Assembly: GCF_000014265.1 (NCBI RefSeq)
Contig: NC_008312.1
Location: forward strand, 480,001-512,000
Direction: 5' to 3'
DNA: 32,000 nucleotides
DNA from: Trichodesmium erythraeum IMS101
Lineage (GTDB): Bacteria > Cyanobacteriota > Cyanobacteriia > Cyanobacteriales > Microcoleaceae
Each line of letters opens with the position of its first letter. Position 1 is the stretch's first letter. Position numbers and translations under genes: made by a program. The notes under the pieces are model-generated. The model made no database searches, was not told the origin of the DNA, and saw only the letters and a list, made by a program, of their open reading frames with translations. Of the stretch, positions 9,261 to 18,616 are shown one piece after another.

Positions 9261-10346
9261 TTATTCTTTTTCCAAAAGAAATTCCATTGGGTCCAAAGTC
9301 AACAGACGACTAATTTCATCTGTTTGAAATCCTAAAGCCATTGGTCGTTGAACTCCTGGTAATATCTGTACGTCGTATAATTCTGTAATTACTCCTTCTA
9401 AGCGCAACCATTCAACTATACTACCTGTATTAATATCAATTACCATTAAACCACAACGAGGTTTCACATCTTTAGCAAATAAATTTTCATCTAATTCTAA
9501 ACCCAAAAAAGTTCTATCCCTGGGTTTAGATAATCCTACGATCGCCCAATTTTTCCAAAAAGCTAAACCTCGCAAAAAACCAGGGCAAAAAGTTATCGGT
9601 TCAAACCTACCCGTATTTAAATCAACTACACCAAAAAAACCTTTTCCAGAGTTCAATAACCACAACTTTCCTTGATAAAATCTGGGGGAATGAGGCATGG
9701 ATAAACCACTCATAATAATCTCGTTTGATGCAATATCAATTACACAACCACCATCCCTTCTTCTTTCTCGCCAACCATCAATTACATCTGAAGTACTAAC
9801 AGAAGTAACATATGAAGGTTTTCCTTCTACCATTGCTAAACCATTTAGGTGACAACGGTCTTCATTAATAATGTCAGAAATAAAAGGTGGTTTCCATAAG
9901 GGAGTACAACTATTTTTATGGCTAACTGTAGCTAAACAGTTCAATAAGCTACTAACAAAAATGATTCTGTCATTCTTGTCAACAATAATATCATGAATAT
10001 CTAAATCCCCAGTTGTATAAGCTATTCTGGGAACATAAAGTTTATCATAACCATTGTAAAATTGTTCTTTTTGGAGAACATTATCTAACTGCCACAGTTG
10101 ATATTTTGAACTCATATATAATCGTTCTGAAGTAGCATATAATCCCATGGCACGATTAAACAAACGCTCAAAGCCAGAAAATTCACCTTGGGGATTAACT
10201 CCTAGCAAAAGTAATCTAGAAGTTTTATAAGTGCTAAATGCTAGACTAATTTTTTCAGTTTCTAACCAGTTAATAAAAGTTCGAGAAGCTACTATTTGTG
10301 GACTGGATTTGTTAGCGGAATTATTGCTGTCAGATTGTTGTGCCAT
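9261..10346 (-). CDS. Conserved hypothetical protein resembling the TIGR03032/DUF4915 family
   Basis: Recalled family features: an N-terminal region ...FINWLETEKISLAFSTYKTSRLLLLG... and repeated Gly/Trp/Asp-containing beta-strand-like blocks. Function unknown. The assignment is from memory and was not searched. Confidence 0.55.
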   Translation of the reverse strand: MAQQSDSNNSANKSSPQIVASRTFINWLETEKISLAFSTYKTSRLLLLGVNPQGEFSGFERLFNRAMGLYATSERLYMSSKYQLWQLDNVLQKEQFYNGYDKLYVPRIAYTTGDLDIHDIIVDKNDRIIFVSSLLNCLATVSHKNSCTPLWKPPFISDIINEDRCHLNGLAMVEGKPSYVTSVSTSDVIDGWRERRRDGGCVIDIASNEIIMSGLSMPHSPRFYQGKLWLLNSGKGFFGVVDLNTGRFEPITFCPGFLRGLAFWKNWAIVGLSKPRDRTFLGLELDENLFAKDVKPRCGLMVIDINTGSIVEWLRLEGVITELYDVQILPGVQRPMALGFQTDEISRLLTLDPMEFLLEKE

Positions 10347-10455
10347 TTTTATTTAGATAATTTCTTAGTGAAGTTTTTTTGAATGAATCTCATGTATTTA
10401 TTTATGAGGTTCATTTAATTCCTACTTTTTTTCTGATTCAAAGTTTTATATAGCT

Positions 10456-10557
10456 AGGACTTACCCAGAAACCTGATTATAAAACGAAATTTCCCTAAAC
10501 TGCAGAAAAACAATAATCAGAGCAATAAACCCGGTTTCTTATTTGGGTGCCTAAGTA
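10456..10557. repeat. MITE-like unit with imperfect terminal inverted repeats (AGGACTTACCCAGAAACC ... AAACCCGGTTTCTTATTTGGGTGCCTAAGT)
   Basis: Read directly. A related fragment AGGACTTATGCGGTAGAATTCAGAAACCGCATTTCTT occurs at about 3895..3931. Confidence 0.35.
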
Positions 10558-11581
10558 CAGTTGTCTTTTCATTTTCTTGTTTCCTAAAATATAGAACTTT
10601 GTATTTAACGAGTATAAAAATTTCTATGACAATACAGAATGCTGAAAATTAGAATTATAATCAGACAAAATATTTATAGTAGTTTGAGTTACTCGTAAAG
10701 TTAATGATAGTTTAACTTTACCACTTGTATCACATATATATCGATCAGTAACTTTATCTGTAAACATCACAAATATACCAAGTTTAAGCAAAACTGGTAT
10801 TGCTTTTATCTTCATGTATTTTTAATTTCAAATAAATCATTTTTACTTAACTTAAAGTGTCTATTTTTTTCAAAGATAGATAGATACATTATTGTTAATA
10901 TTAGCATTATGTATAAACTCAAAGCCTTTAATATCATTGAGTTAATTTAGGGCAATATAAACATTAATTGTCTGACCTACTCCAGAAAGTAACTTATTAC
11001 AATAGTTTCTATTTACAATAGTTTCTATGCTATAAGGTAATTAATTTTTTTGTGGGATAATTTACCCATAATACAGAATACCATAAGACTAATTTTTTCC
11101 TTAAATACTCTGGCAATTTTAAAAATAAATTTCCATCCTAACATAATTTCCATACCCCCGGAAAATTAAGATGTGTTTCCATATAAAAATGCTGACTTTC
11201 CAATTTAAATTAATAATAGAAAAGCAGCACAAATTTTGACATTAAATAGGAGACACAAAAACCTCAACTTCAATATAATATAATGAACAATTTGTATACA
11301 ATAGAAATATTACAACAAATACAGTTAACTCTCAAATCATCAATGCTATTAACCAAAGCCATACTAATTTCCTGGGGGATGATTCTGCTCAATTAATAAA
11401 GCTAGTCTATCAAACCACAGCCCATTGTGTAAGTTTGATTATACACAATAGTTATACCTTCAGAATAGGTCATACTTCTTGATCAAGTCATACCTTCAAA
11501 CTAGATTATATGGCTAAAGTTAGAAGGGAAGAAGCTAGAGGTACAGGACAATGGCCATTTGCCCCTACATTCTTATTGTTA

Positions 11582-12004
11582 CTAAATTTCAGAAGCGCAA
11601 GAATGTCATAACCGCCTTGGCGACTGCTATAACCAACCTATAAACGCTACAAAATGTAATTTGACATCCTCCCCAAGCTTTTAGGCGGGAGGCTTTTGCC
11701 AGCCAAAGTCTAAAGCTAAGTTGACGTTTTACACTTAGCACGCACTCCCCTCTCGGGCAGACTATAACCACTCTTGCCCCCTCCCAGCAGGGGATGGGAG
11801 TGGTGCCTCCGCTTTCATTTTGTATCTCGGACTGCCTGTGCACGACTAGTTAATTAACATTCAGGATAACATTGGACTAAAAGCAACTAAAAGTCCCCTG
11901 ATAAGCGCGAGAGGTTTTCAACCCAATTTTTCGGTAAAAAATCAGAAGTTAGGACTCAGAAATCAAAATACAGCGGCTCTCGTTGCCAGTCAGGTACACA
12001 AATT
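11582..12004 (-). repeat. Copy A of the dispersed intergenic element: GC-rich, stem-rich, candidate structured RNA
   Basis: Colinear blocks are shared with 20210..20900. Perfect stems at 11767-11773/11798-11804, 11715-11721/11733-11739 and 11668-11673/11687-11692. The ORF-track product of 11589..11843 is not protein-like. Confidence 0.55.
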
Positions 12005-12549
12005 GCGGGCAAGTTATGGCACTACAATATTTTCACCATTTACCCTGTAGGTCATTTGCTTGCTCATCTGCTGTAAATAGCTTCAATACCATTTTTTAAT
12101 TCATAACTTATTTTTTTAGTCAAAAATACATCTCCTATCAAGTTTTTTAATTGCCCTTATTATTCTTACATTCTTGTTTCACTCATGGTACGATAAATAT
12201 CTACAAAAAAAATCTGGTTTCTGGGCTTGTTTGCTTCAGTCCTGATACTTTCGGTGGGTAGGATTACTTTTTTAAAGTTGTAGAAATTTTGGTCACCCTT
12301 TGAGTAGTTTATGATAGCATTCAATACTAGTGATAAATCTCATTATTATCTTTAATAATAACTCATCAGTAGACAAATATAGTAAGAATAACTATAATAA
12401 AAATAACAGCCATATAAATAAGAAGTTCTCCAGTCAATAACCATGAATGAACTCAAGTAAAATAGCAAACGAGCCCAAAATTATAAATTGTGCGTTTTTC
12501 AGACTTTAACTAAAATACTGCGGGTTTCCTAACTACCAAGAATTTTTAA

Positions 12550-13929
12550 ATGGTACAAGAATATCTAGAACTTTCTCTATCTCCAGAAGATTACACCTTG
12601 TTAACAGACCTCTATCAATTAACAATGATAGCTTGCTATGTTGGAGAAAAAATAGACCAACGACAAGCTAGTTTTGAGCTATTTGTGCGAAAACTACCTA
12701 CAGGTTTTGGCTATCTCATTGCTATGGGTTTAGCACAAGCATTAGACTATCTCGAGAAATTTAGATTTAGCTCTGAGCAAATTGACGCCTTAAAGTCAAC
12801 GGGAATTTTTGCTAATGCCCCTAGTGAATTTTGGTCCTTACTAGCAGAAGCTAAATTCACTGGAAATGTATGGGCGGTGAAAGAGGGAACAGCCATTTTT
12901 CCAAATCAACCCCTACTGCGGATAGAAGCACCGCTTTGGCAAGGGCAGTTGGTAGAAACATATCTACTAAATACAATGAATTACCAAACCCTGATAGCAA
13001 CAAAAGCAGCGAGAATGCGGGATATTGCTGGAAATAGCACCAAATTACTAGAATTTGGCACAAGACGTGCATTTAGTCCCCAAGCTAGTGTTTTGGCTGC
13101 TCGTGCTGCTTTGGCAGGAGGAATGGATGCTACTTCTAATGTTTTGGCAGCCTTGAAATTAGGTCGGAAACCAGTAGGAACGATGGCTCACTCTTTGGTG
13201 ATGGCAATATCTGCAGTGGAAGGTAGTGAGGAGGATGCTTTTAAAAGTTTTCAGCGATATTTCCCTACAGCCACTTTATTGATAGATACTTATGATACTT
13301 TATCAGCTACTCGTTTATTGGCACGACGAGTTAAACAGGGTGAAATGCAGATAAGTGGGGTCAGGTTAGATTCTGGAAATTTGGTTGAATTGTCCCAGAA
13401 GGTGCGATCGCTACTGCCAAAAGTGAGGATTTTTGCTAGTGGAGATATAGATGAGTGGGAAATAGCTAGACTTCAGAAGGAAAATGCTTGTATTGATGGA
13501 TATGGTATTGGTACTAAGTTGGTAACTGGTGTTCCTGTGAATGGAGTTTATAAACTGGTAGAAATAGATGGTATTCCTGCGATGAAAAATACTACTGGAA
13601 AAGTTAGTTATCCTGGTCGAAAACAAATATATAGATATTTGGAAAATGGTCAATTGAAACAAGATTATTTGGGGTTAATGGCTGAAGATGTATTGAGTCA
13701 AACAGAACCTCATACTGATTCTTTTGTAAAATTAATGATACAAGTAGTTAAAAATGGGGAGATGCTGCAAACATCAGAAAGTCTAGAAGCGATCGCTAAA
13801 CGTACTGCTATTTCTGTTGCTAGTTTGCCACCTGAAACTCGTAGTTTAGAAAATCCTATTTTGCCACCAATGAAAATTTCTCATAAATTACAACAACTTA
13901 CACAAAAAACTCAAGCTAACAGCTCTTAA
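12550..13929 (+). CDS. pncB: Nicotinate phosphoribosyltransferase
   Basis: N-terminal LLTDLYQLTM signature, FGTRRA, MAHS and a full-length (459 aa) NAPRTase-like layout. It is followed by nadD and an NrtR-type regulator. Confidence 0.9.
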   Translation: MVQEYLELSLSPEDYTLLTDLYQLTMIACYVGEKIDQRQASFELFVRKLPTGFGYLIAMGLAQALDYLEKFRFSSEQIDALKSTGIFANAPSEFWSLLAEAKFTGNVWAVKEGTAIFPNQPLLRIEAPLWQGQLVETYLLNTMNYQTLIATKAARMRDIAGNSTKLLEFGTRRAFSPQASVLAARAALAGGMDATSNVLAALKLGRKPVGTMAHSLVMAISAVEGSEEDAFKSFQRYFPTATLLIDTYDTLSATRLLARRVKQGEMQISGVRLDSGNLVELSQKVRSLLPKVRIFASGDIDEWEIARLQKENACIDGYGIGTKLVTGVPVNGVYKLVEIDGIPAMKNTTGKVSYPGRKQIYRYLENGQLKQDYLGLMAEDVLSQTEPHTDSFVKLMIQVVKNGEMLQTSESLEAIAKRTAISVASLPPETRSLENPILPPMKISHKLQQLTQKTQANSS

Positions 13930-14280
13930 AAATTAAGCATTGCATATTTATGGGATGAATGATACGTTAAGAGAGAGAATAAAAGGAAAAAAGTATAAGA
14001 TGCCCGTATGGCTTGTAGTTTTGGGGTTTACCTGTTCCATTTAGATACCAAAAAGTTCTTTCAGCAACATTATTTTTTTCTGGTGAGTTCTTTTGGATAT
14101 GATTTCATAACTATATCATCAAATTCTTCTTCTTAAATGTACCTCATATCATAGAGCGCGAAAACTTCTGTACATTAAATCTAGTATCTCGTTTAGCAAC
14201 TGCTATCTGGTAATATCAAATTCGGTAGCATGGGTATTATATAATTAAACCTGATAAACATTATTTGAATAGTTTGAGAG

Positions 14281-14400
14281 TTAATCAGCCAGTCATATAA
14301 GCAGGTACACAAAATTAATTAAACCTATATTTGAGACTGAATCTCTTATATTATATACCTGACGTCAAACTAGAATAGGTAAACAATGAGTATAATGTTG
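14281..14400 (-). repeat. Copy D of the dispersed intergenic element (5' module)
   Basis: The reverse complement aligns over about 120 nt with 6260..6380. CAGGTACACAAAATT (14301..) also matches 11991..12004 of copy A. Confidence 0.6.
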
Positions 14401-14911
14401 CTTATATTATTTCTAATAATATAATAATAACTATTAAACTGGACATGATATAATATTAAATCTTAAAAAGATTGCTATACTTATATTTTATATTTCTAAA
14501 TACTATTTATTGACCATTATTTATAAGTTAACTTACCTCTGTGATTCATCTAGTTTTTTGTCTACCTTCTAATAGTAGCATTAATACATAAGAAATAATA
14601 TAACTTTTTATCTTGGAACAAAGAATTAGCCTCCAAAGAGAATTAAAGTTATGTAGCGAGAGTATTTCGTGGCAAATAAAAAGGTCATTAACTAGCCGAT
14701 TTTAGTTATTAAATTTAAAAGCAGTTTGCGTAGCATAAACCAGACTTAAGGTCTCAAGCCCGCCCTTCCAAAGGAATGAAAAAAAATCGGTTTTCAAGGA
14801 GCCTAATTTATTAGGAAGTATTGATAACTGACAACTAAAATCACACAGGAAAAGCTGAATTTAATAACTAAATACTTACAAACTTATCTAATCTAAAAAA
14901 AATATAGAATA

Positions 14912-15502
14912 ATGACAAAAATAGCCTTATTTGGAACTAGTGCAGATCCACCAACAAAGGGTCATCAAGCGATTATTAAATGGCTGTCTAAAAACTTTGA
15001 AAAAGTAGTAATTTGGGCATCAGATAATCCCTTAAAAAATCATCAAACATTCTTAGATAAACGCTCAAAAATGTTATCAATTTTGATTGAAAATATTGAC
15101 TATAATCAAAACAATATTTGTCTACATCAAGAATTAAGTAGTTGTCGTACTTTAGAAACTGTTGAACTTGCTATAAAAAAATGGAATGATGGAGAATTTA
15201 CCTTAGTAGTAGGTTCAGATTTAGTCAAACAATTACTAAGTTGGTATCACATCGAAGAACTTTTACAGAAAGTAGAATTATTAATAATACCTCGCCAAGG
15301 TATTACAACAGAAGAAGAAGATTTACAGAAATTAAGGGAGCTAAGTACAGAAGTAAAAATAGCTTTTCTAGAAGTTCCAAATGTTTCCTCATCTGCATAT
15401 CGTGAACAAGGAGACGAAATGACCATTACACCTCCTATTAAAGATTATATATATCGGCATAAGTTATACCAATGGCAAAAAACGAGCACAGAGAAATTAT
15501 AA
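14912..15502 (+). CDS. nadD: Nicotinate-nucleotide adenylyltransferase
   Basis: N-terminal nucleotidyltransferase motif FGTSADPPTKGHQAI, a C-terminal SSSAYR-type motif, and 196 aa length. Confidence 0.85.
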   Translation: MTKIALFGTSADPPTKGHQAIIKWLSKNFEKVVIWASDNPLKNHQTFLDKRSKMLSILIENIDYNQNNICLHQELSSCRTLETVELAIKKWNDGEFTLVVGSDLVKQLLSWYHIEELLQKVELLIIPRQGITTEEEDLQKLRELSTEVKIAFLEVPNVSSSAYREQGDEMTITPPIKDYIYRHKLYQWQKTSTEKL

Positions 15503-16197
15503 ATAATAAGGCAGACTTTAACGTAAGAGTAGATAATGTAATTTTTTCAGTTGACACCCAACAAAATCGTCTTTTAGTATTATTAATAATGCGACAAAAA
15601 GAACCATTTATTAAATACTGGAGTTTACCAGGTACATTAGTAATAAAAGGAGAATCTTTAGAAGCAGCAGCATACAGAATATTAGTGGAAAAAATTAGGG
15701 TTAAAAATCTATATTTAGAACAATTATATACTTTTTGCAGTCCTGATAGTGAGCCTAGAGAATCTATTGATAATTTTAAATATCTATCCGTCAGTTATTT
15801 TGCCCTAGTTAGATTTGAAGAGGCAGAATTAATTGCTAATGGGGTGACAAGTATTTGTTGGTATCCCATTGATAAAATTCCTCAGTTAGCATTTGACCAT
15901 CAAAAAATTATTGAGTATGGATATTCCAGATTACGCAATAAACTTGAGTATAGTCCTATTGCTTTTGATGTTTTACCAGCAGAGTTTACTTTAGGAGAAT
16001 TATATCAACTTTATGCAACTATTTTAGGAAACAATTTTTCAGATTATTCTAATTTTCGTGCCAGACTATTAAAGTTAGGTTTCTTATCTGAAACTGGCGT
16101 AAAAACATCACGAGGAGCTGGTAGACCTGCTAGTCTTTATCGGTTTGATGTTAAAGCATTTGTTTTAGTAAAAGATAAGCCTTTAATGTTTATTTGA
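15472..16197 (+). CDS. nrtR: NrtR-type Nudix-related transcriptional regulator (degenerate Nudix domain plus C-terminal winged helix)
   Basis: Partial Nudix box (GTLVIKGESLEAAAYRILVEK). C-terminal LPAEFTLGELYQLYATILG...NFRARLLKLGFL...GAGRPASLYRF, typical of the NrtR wHTH. The listed ATG overlaps the nadD stop by 31 nt. Confidence 0.75.
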   Translation: MAKNEHREIINNKADFNVRVDNVIFSVDTQQNRLLVLLIMRQKEPFIKYWSLPGTLVIKGESLEAAAYRILVEKIRVKNLYLEQLYTFCSPDSEPRESIDNFKYLSVSYFALVRFEEAELIANGVTSICWYPIDKIPQLAFDHQKIIEYGYSRLRNKLEYSPIAFDVLPAEFTLGELYQLYATILGNNFSDYSNFRARLLKLGFLSETGVKTSRGAGRPASLYRFDVKAFVLVKDKPLMFI

Positions 16198-17091
16198 TAA
16201 GAATAGGGAATAGTTATAATGCTTTGAGGTTGAGTTATATTAAATTTGTTTGCTTCACGGTAATATAACTCTTTTTCCCAAAAGTATTTTTTGCTCCGTG
16301 GAGTAATTTTTTCATCTATTTCGGTTGTATGTATTGAAAATATTTCCTTCATTAAATGAGGTAATAACGGTAGTTGTCAATGACTAAAAAAACAAACCCT
16401 ATTGTATTTTAATTTGTAAAAATAGAATAGATCTGAAAATAAGTTCTTTACCAAAAAAATTTGCAACTAACTAATTTCCCATTTTAGTAATAATTAGTTC
16501 AACTTTTGTACATAGAGTCATGCTAGAGCCAAAAACCTTACTCTCATCTTGCAATTAATTTTTTGTTGGCTTCCCCAAATATGCTTTAGCCACTTCCTTG
16601 TTAAGTTCCTTTTTATTAATAGATGCCTTTGCCGAATTTAATAATGTTATAGTTTTTTCTTCACATCAGCAGGAATATTAGACTCACTAATTTTTGCGTC
16701 AAGTTTCCCTAAAAGTTGATATTTACTTTAGCTTTTTTCTTAAGTTTTTTTAGACAAAATCAAAAATTTTTACTAGATAGTATTATGTATAGTATAATAA
16801 TCATATTAATGTCAAAATGAAAGCGATAAATATCTGTTTTGTAGATGAAGAACATCAAAAAAATCTAATAAGCTAGCTAATTTTTAGAGGACTATATTAA
16901 CTAGTTTGTTTGTAAGTGAAGATACTTAATTATCCTAGCTGAGTTTTTCGAGGTAAATTTATGAAAAAGCAGAGAATAATCATCTTTTCTGAACAGCCTA
17001 GTTTCAAATAAATGTAAAAACTTTGAATAATTCTAGCTATGTTTTTCATTATTTTTATATCTTTATTTTTTTTGTTATTTTACCTTGCCTA

Positions 17092-17943
17092 ATGAATAGA
17101 AAAAAGCTGCTTTTAACTGGATTATTTTTAACAACTTTCCTCCTAATAATAATCAACTTATTCTCTGTACATAACTCTGAAAGTAAATTACAAAAACCTC
17201 TCTCTCTTGGTTTTAAAATCATTAGTAATTCTCAGGGAATCACTCTTTATAAAAAAGATTCAGATTATCTACAGCTTATTGATTTATCTGAAGGTGCAAA
17301 AATTGATTTTATCTATGGAAAAATTACAGATTTAGGTACGAAAAAAGGAGCTTACGGTGGTAATAATCCACAATTTGAACGTCAAACAATATCACAAGTA
17401 TGGTCTAATTTATATTCAGAAAATTCAAGTTTATTTTGCATTACTAATGGTCAATTTTTTAGAAATGATAAAAGCTCCTCTACAGCCTTAGCATTTCCTC
17501 TAAAGTCAGATGGAATTATAGTTAGTGATGGTTATGCAGGAGAAATAGAATTTTCTCATGAAAAGTTAATGCTAGAAGTCTGGAATAATAGAGCGTTAAT
17601 TAGTAAGTTTCAGCCAAATAATTTGCAATTCTCAATAGCAACTAATTTTATTGTTGGTTTACAGGAAAATGCTGATAAAGGAGTTGAGGATCAAACAGGT
17701 AGAACATTTATTGGAGTGCAAGATAAAGATGGCGATCGCCTCTATGAAACAATTTTAATTTTTACTTCTAAACAAGCAACTCAACCTCATGCTACTAATG
17801 TTTTGAAAAGTTTTGGTGCAACTCAAGTAATGATGTTAGATGGTGGAGGTTCAACACAATTAATTTGTCAGGGAAATAACTACATAGATTCACAAAGAAC
17901 TATTCCTCAAATGATTGCTATTTTTAGTGGAGATAAAGTCTAA
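17092..17943 (+). CDS. Phosphodiester glycosidase family protein (NAGPA/DUF2233-like), signal-anchored
   Basis: C-terminal RTFIGVQDKDGD...ILIFTS...ATNVLKSFGATQVMMLDGGGSTQL. I prefer the in-frame ATG at 17092 (MNRKKLLLTGLFLTTFLLIIINLF) to the listed TTG at 17023. Confidence 0.7.
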   Translation: MNRKKLLLTGLFLTTFLLIIINLFSVHNSESKLQKPLSLGFKIISNSQGITLYKKDSDYLQLIDLSEGAKIDFIYGKITDLGTKKGAYGGNNPQFERQTISQVWSNLYSENSSLFCITNGQFFRNDKSSSTALAFPLKSDGIIVSDGYAGEIEFSHEKLMLEVWNNRALISKFQPNNLQFSIATNFIVGLQENADKGVEDQTGRTFIGVQDKDGDRLYETILIFTSKQATQPHATNVLKSFGATQVMMLDGGGSTQLICQGNNYIDSQRTIPQMIAIFSGDKV

Positions 17944-18094
17944 TTAATTCCATTATTATAACTATATTTACTTAAGTATTCAGGATTCAGTTGTTATTCT
18001 TTTTTTTCTATTCCTTACTGGATATCAAAAAACTCCCAGTTTTTAGAGACTGGAAGTTCAGATAAAATTTATTTTACTTATTCTAATTATCAAA

Positions 18095-18529
18095 TTATTT
18101 CAAAAGAGAAATTTCTTTATCCGCGACAACTTTTGATTCTATATTATCAACCAAATTATCCTCAACTAAATCTAGTTGGCCACCAGGTGCTTCTGGATGT
18201 TGTTGTACAAATGTTTGTTCTGCTGGTACTTCTTTTGATTCATCACTAGCATCAATATTAGCTTCTGCTTTACGAGTAATATAACGAGTAGTAAAAAAAG
18301 CACCTAACCCAGTTAAACCTAGAGAAGCAGCAGCAATACCAGCAATAGCAAAGTCAGACCTATTAGGAAGTTTTTTGCTTAACCAAGAATTTGGTGAAAT
18401 TAAAGATTTTTCTGATGTTGAACCATGAATTTTCTTCAAAAGACAAGCTTCTACAGAATTAGCACAAAGTACACTACCAGCGATCGCCACAGTAGACAAA
18501 GCAGTGGCCACAATGTTCAGCTTTTTCAT
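18095..18529 (-). CDS. Hypothetical protein with a signal peptide and one internal TM segment
   Basis: MKKLNIVATALSTVAIAGSVLCANS signal-like N-terminus, an internal FAIAGIAAASLGLTGLGAFF helix, and an acidic tail. No family recognised. Confidence 0.45.
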   Translation of the reverse strand: MKKLNIVATALSTVAIAGSVLCANSVEACLLKKIHGSTSEKSLISPNSWLSKKLPNRSDFAIAGIAAASLGLTGLGAFFTTRYITRKAEANIDASDESKEVPAEQTFVQQHPEAPGGQLDLVEDNLVDNIESKVVADKEISLLK

Positions 18530-18616
18530 GTTAGTTTAGTTGATAAAATATCCTTAAAATAATTATATTAACATCATTTTCCAAAAGTAGCAATAAAAGT
18601 ATTCAGCTTAACTTTA

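Noticed and set aside
11721-11748. DGR-like template/variable repeat signature
   Set aside because: All three mismatches in the 28-nt block are A in the 20737..20764 copy versus G/G/C here. But there is no reverse transcriptase and no target ORF, the copies are 9 kb apart and inverted, and other blocks differ by indels and non-A substitutions. GC-to-AT decay of copy B is the simpler explanation.
11589-11843. Listed 84-aa ORF on the minus strand
   Set aside because: The translation (MHRQSEIQNESGGTTPIPCWEGARVVIVCPRGECV...) is Cys/Arg/Trp-rich with no domain-like pattern. It lies entirely in stem-forming repeat DNA whose homologue at 20.7 kb does not keep the frame.
11905-11925. GGGTTGAAAAC (minus strand) resembling the 3' end of type V-K or other cyanobacterial CRISPR repeats
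   Set aside because: It is a single occurrence, with no repeat-spacer periodicity and no cas genes in the window. The homologous position in copy B is not conserved.
11582-12004. Could the GC-rich island be RNase P RNA, tmRNA, SRP RNA or a riboswitch?
   Set aside because: On either strand I could not find GAGGAAAGTCCGGGC or ACAGAACCCGGCTTA (RNase P). I could not find a tRNA-like 3' end with a TCCACCA-type terminus or a tag reading frame (tmRNA), nor the GGAAGCAGCC-type SRP domain IV. There is no gene within about 800 nt downstream on its strand for a riboswitch. This was done by eye only and needs a covariance-model search.
12857-13662. Listed minus-strand ORFs 12857..13072 and 13411..13662
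   Set aside because: They are antisense within pncB and have low-complexity translations.
14802-14815. CCTAAT-TT-ATTAGG as an NrtR operator
   Set aside because: A 6-bp-arm inverted repeat is expected by chance in AT-rich DNA, and I cannot recall the cyanobacterial NrtR consensus well enough to match it. It is mentioned only as something to test.
16400-16760. Possible gene remnant on the minus strand (LGKLDAKISESNIPADVKKKL* then EKTITLLNSAKASINKKELNKEVAKAYLGKPTKN*)
   Set aside because: It is readable for about 55 codons across one frameshift, but I cannot assign a family and cannot distinguish it from chance.
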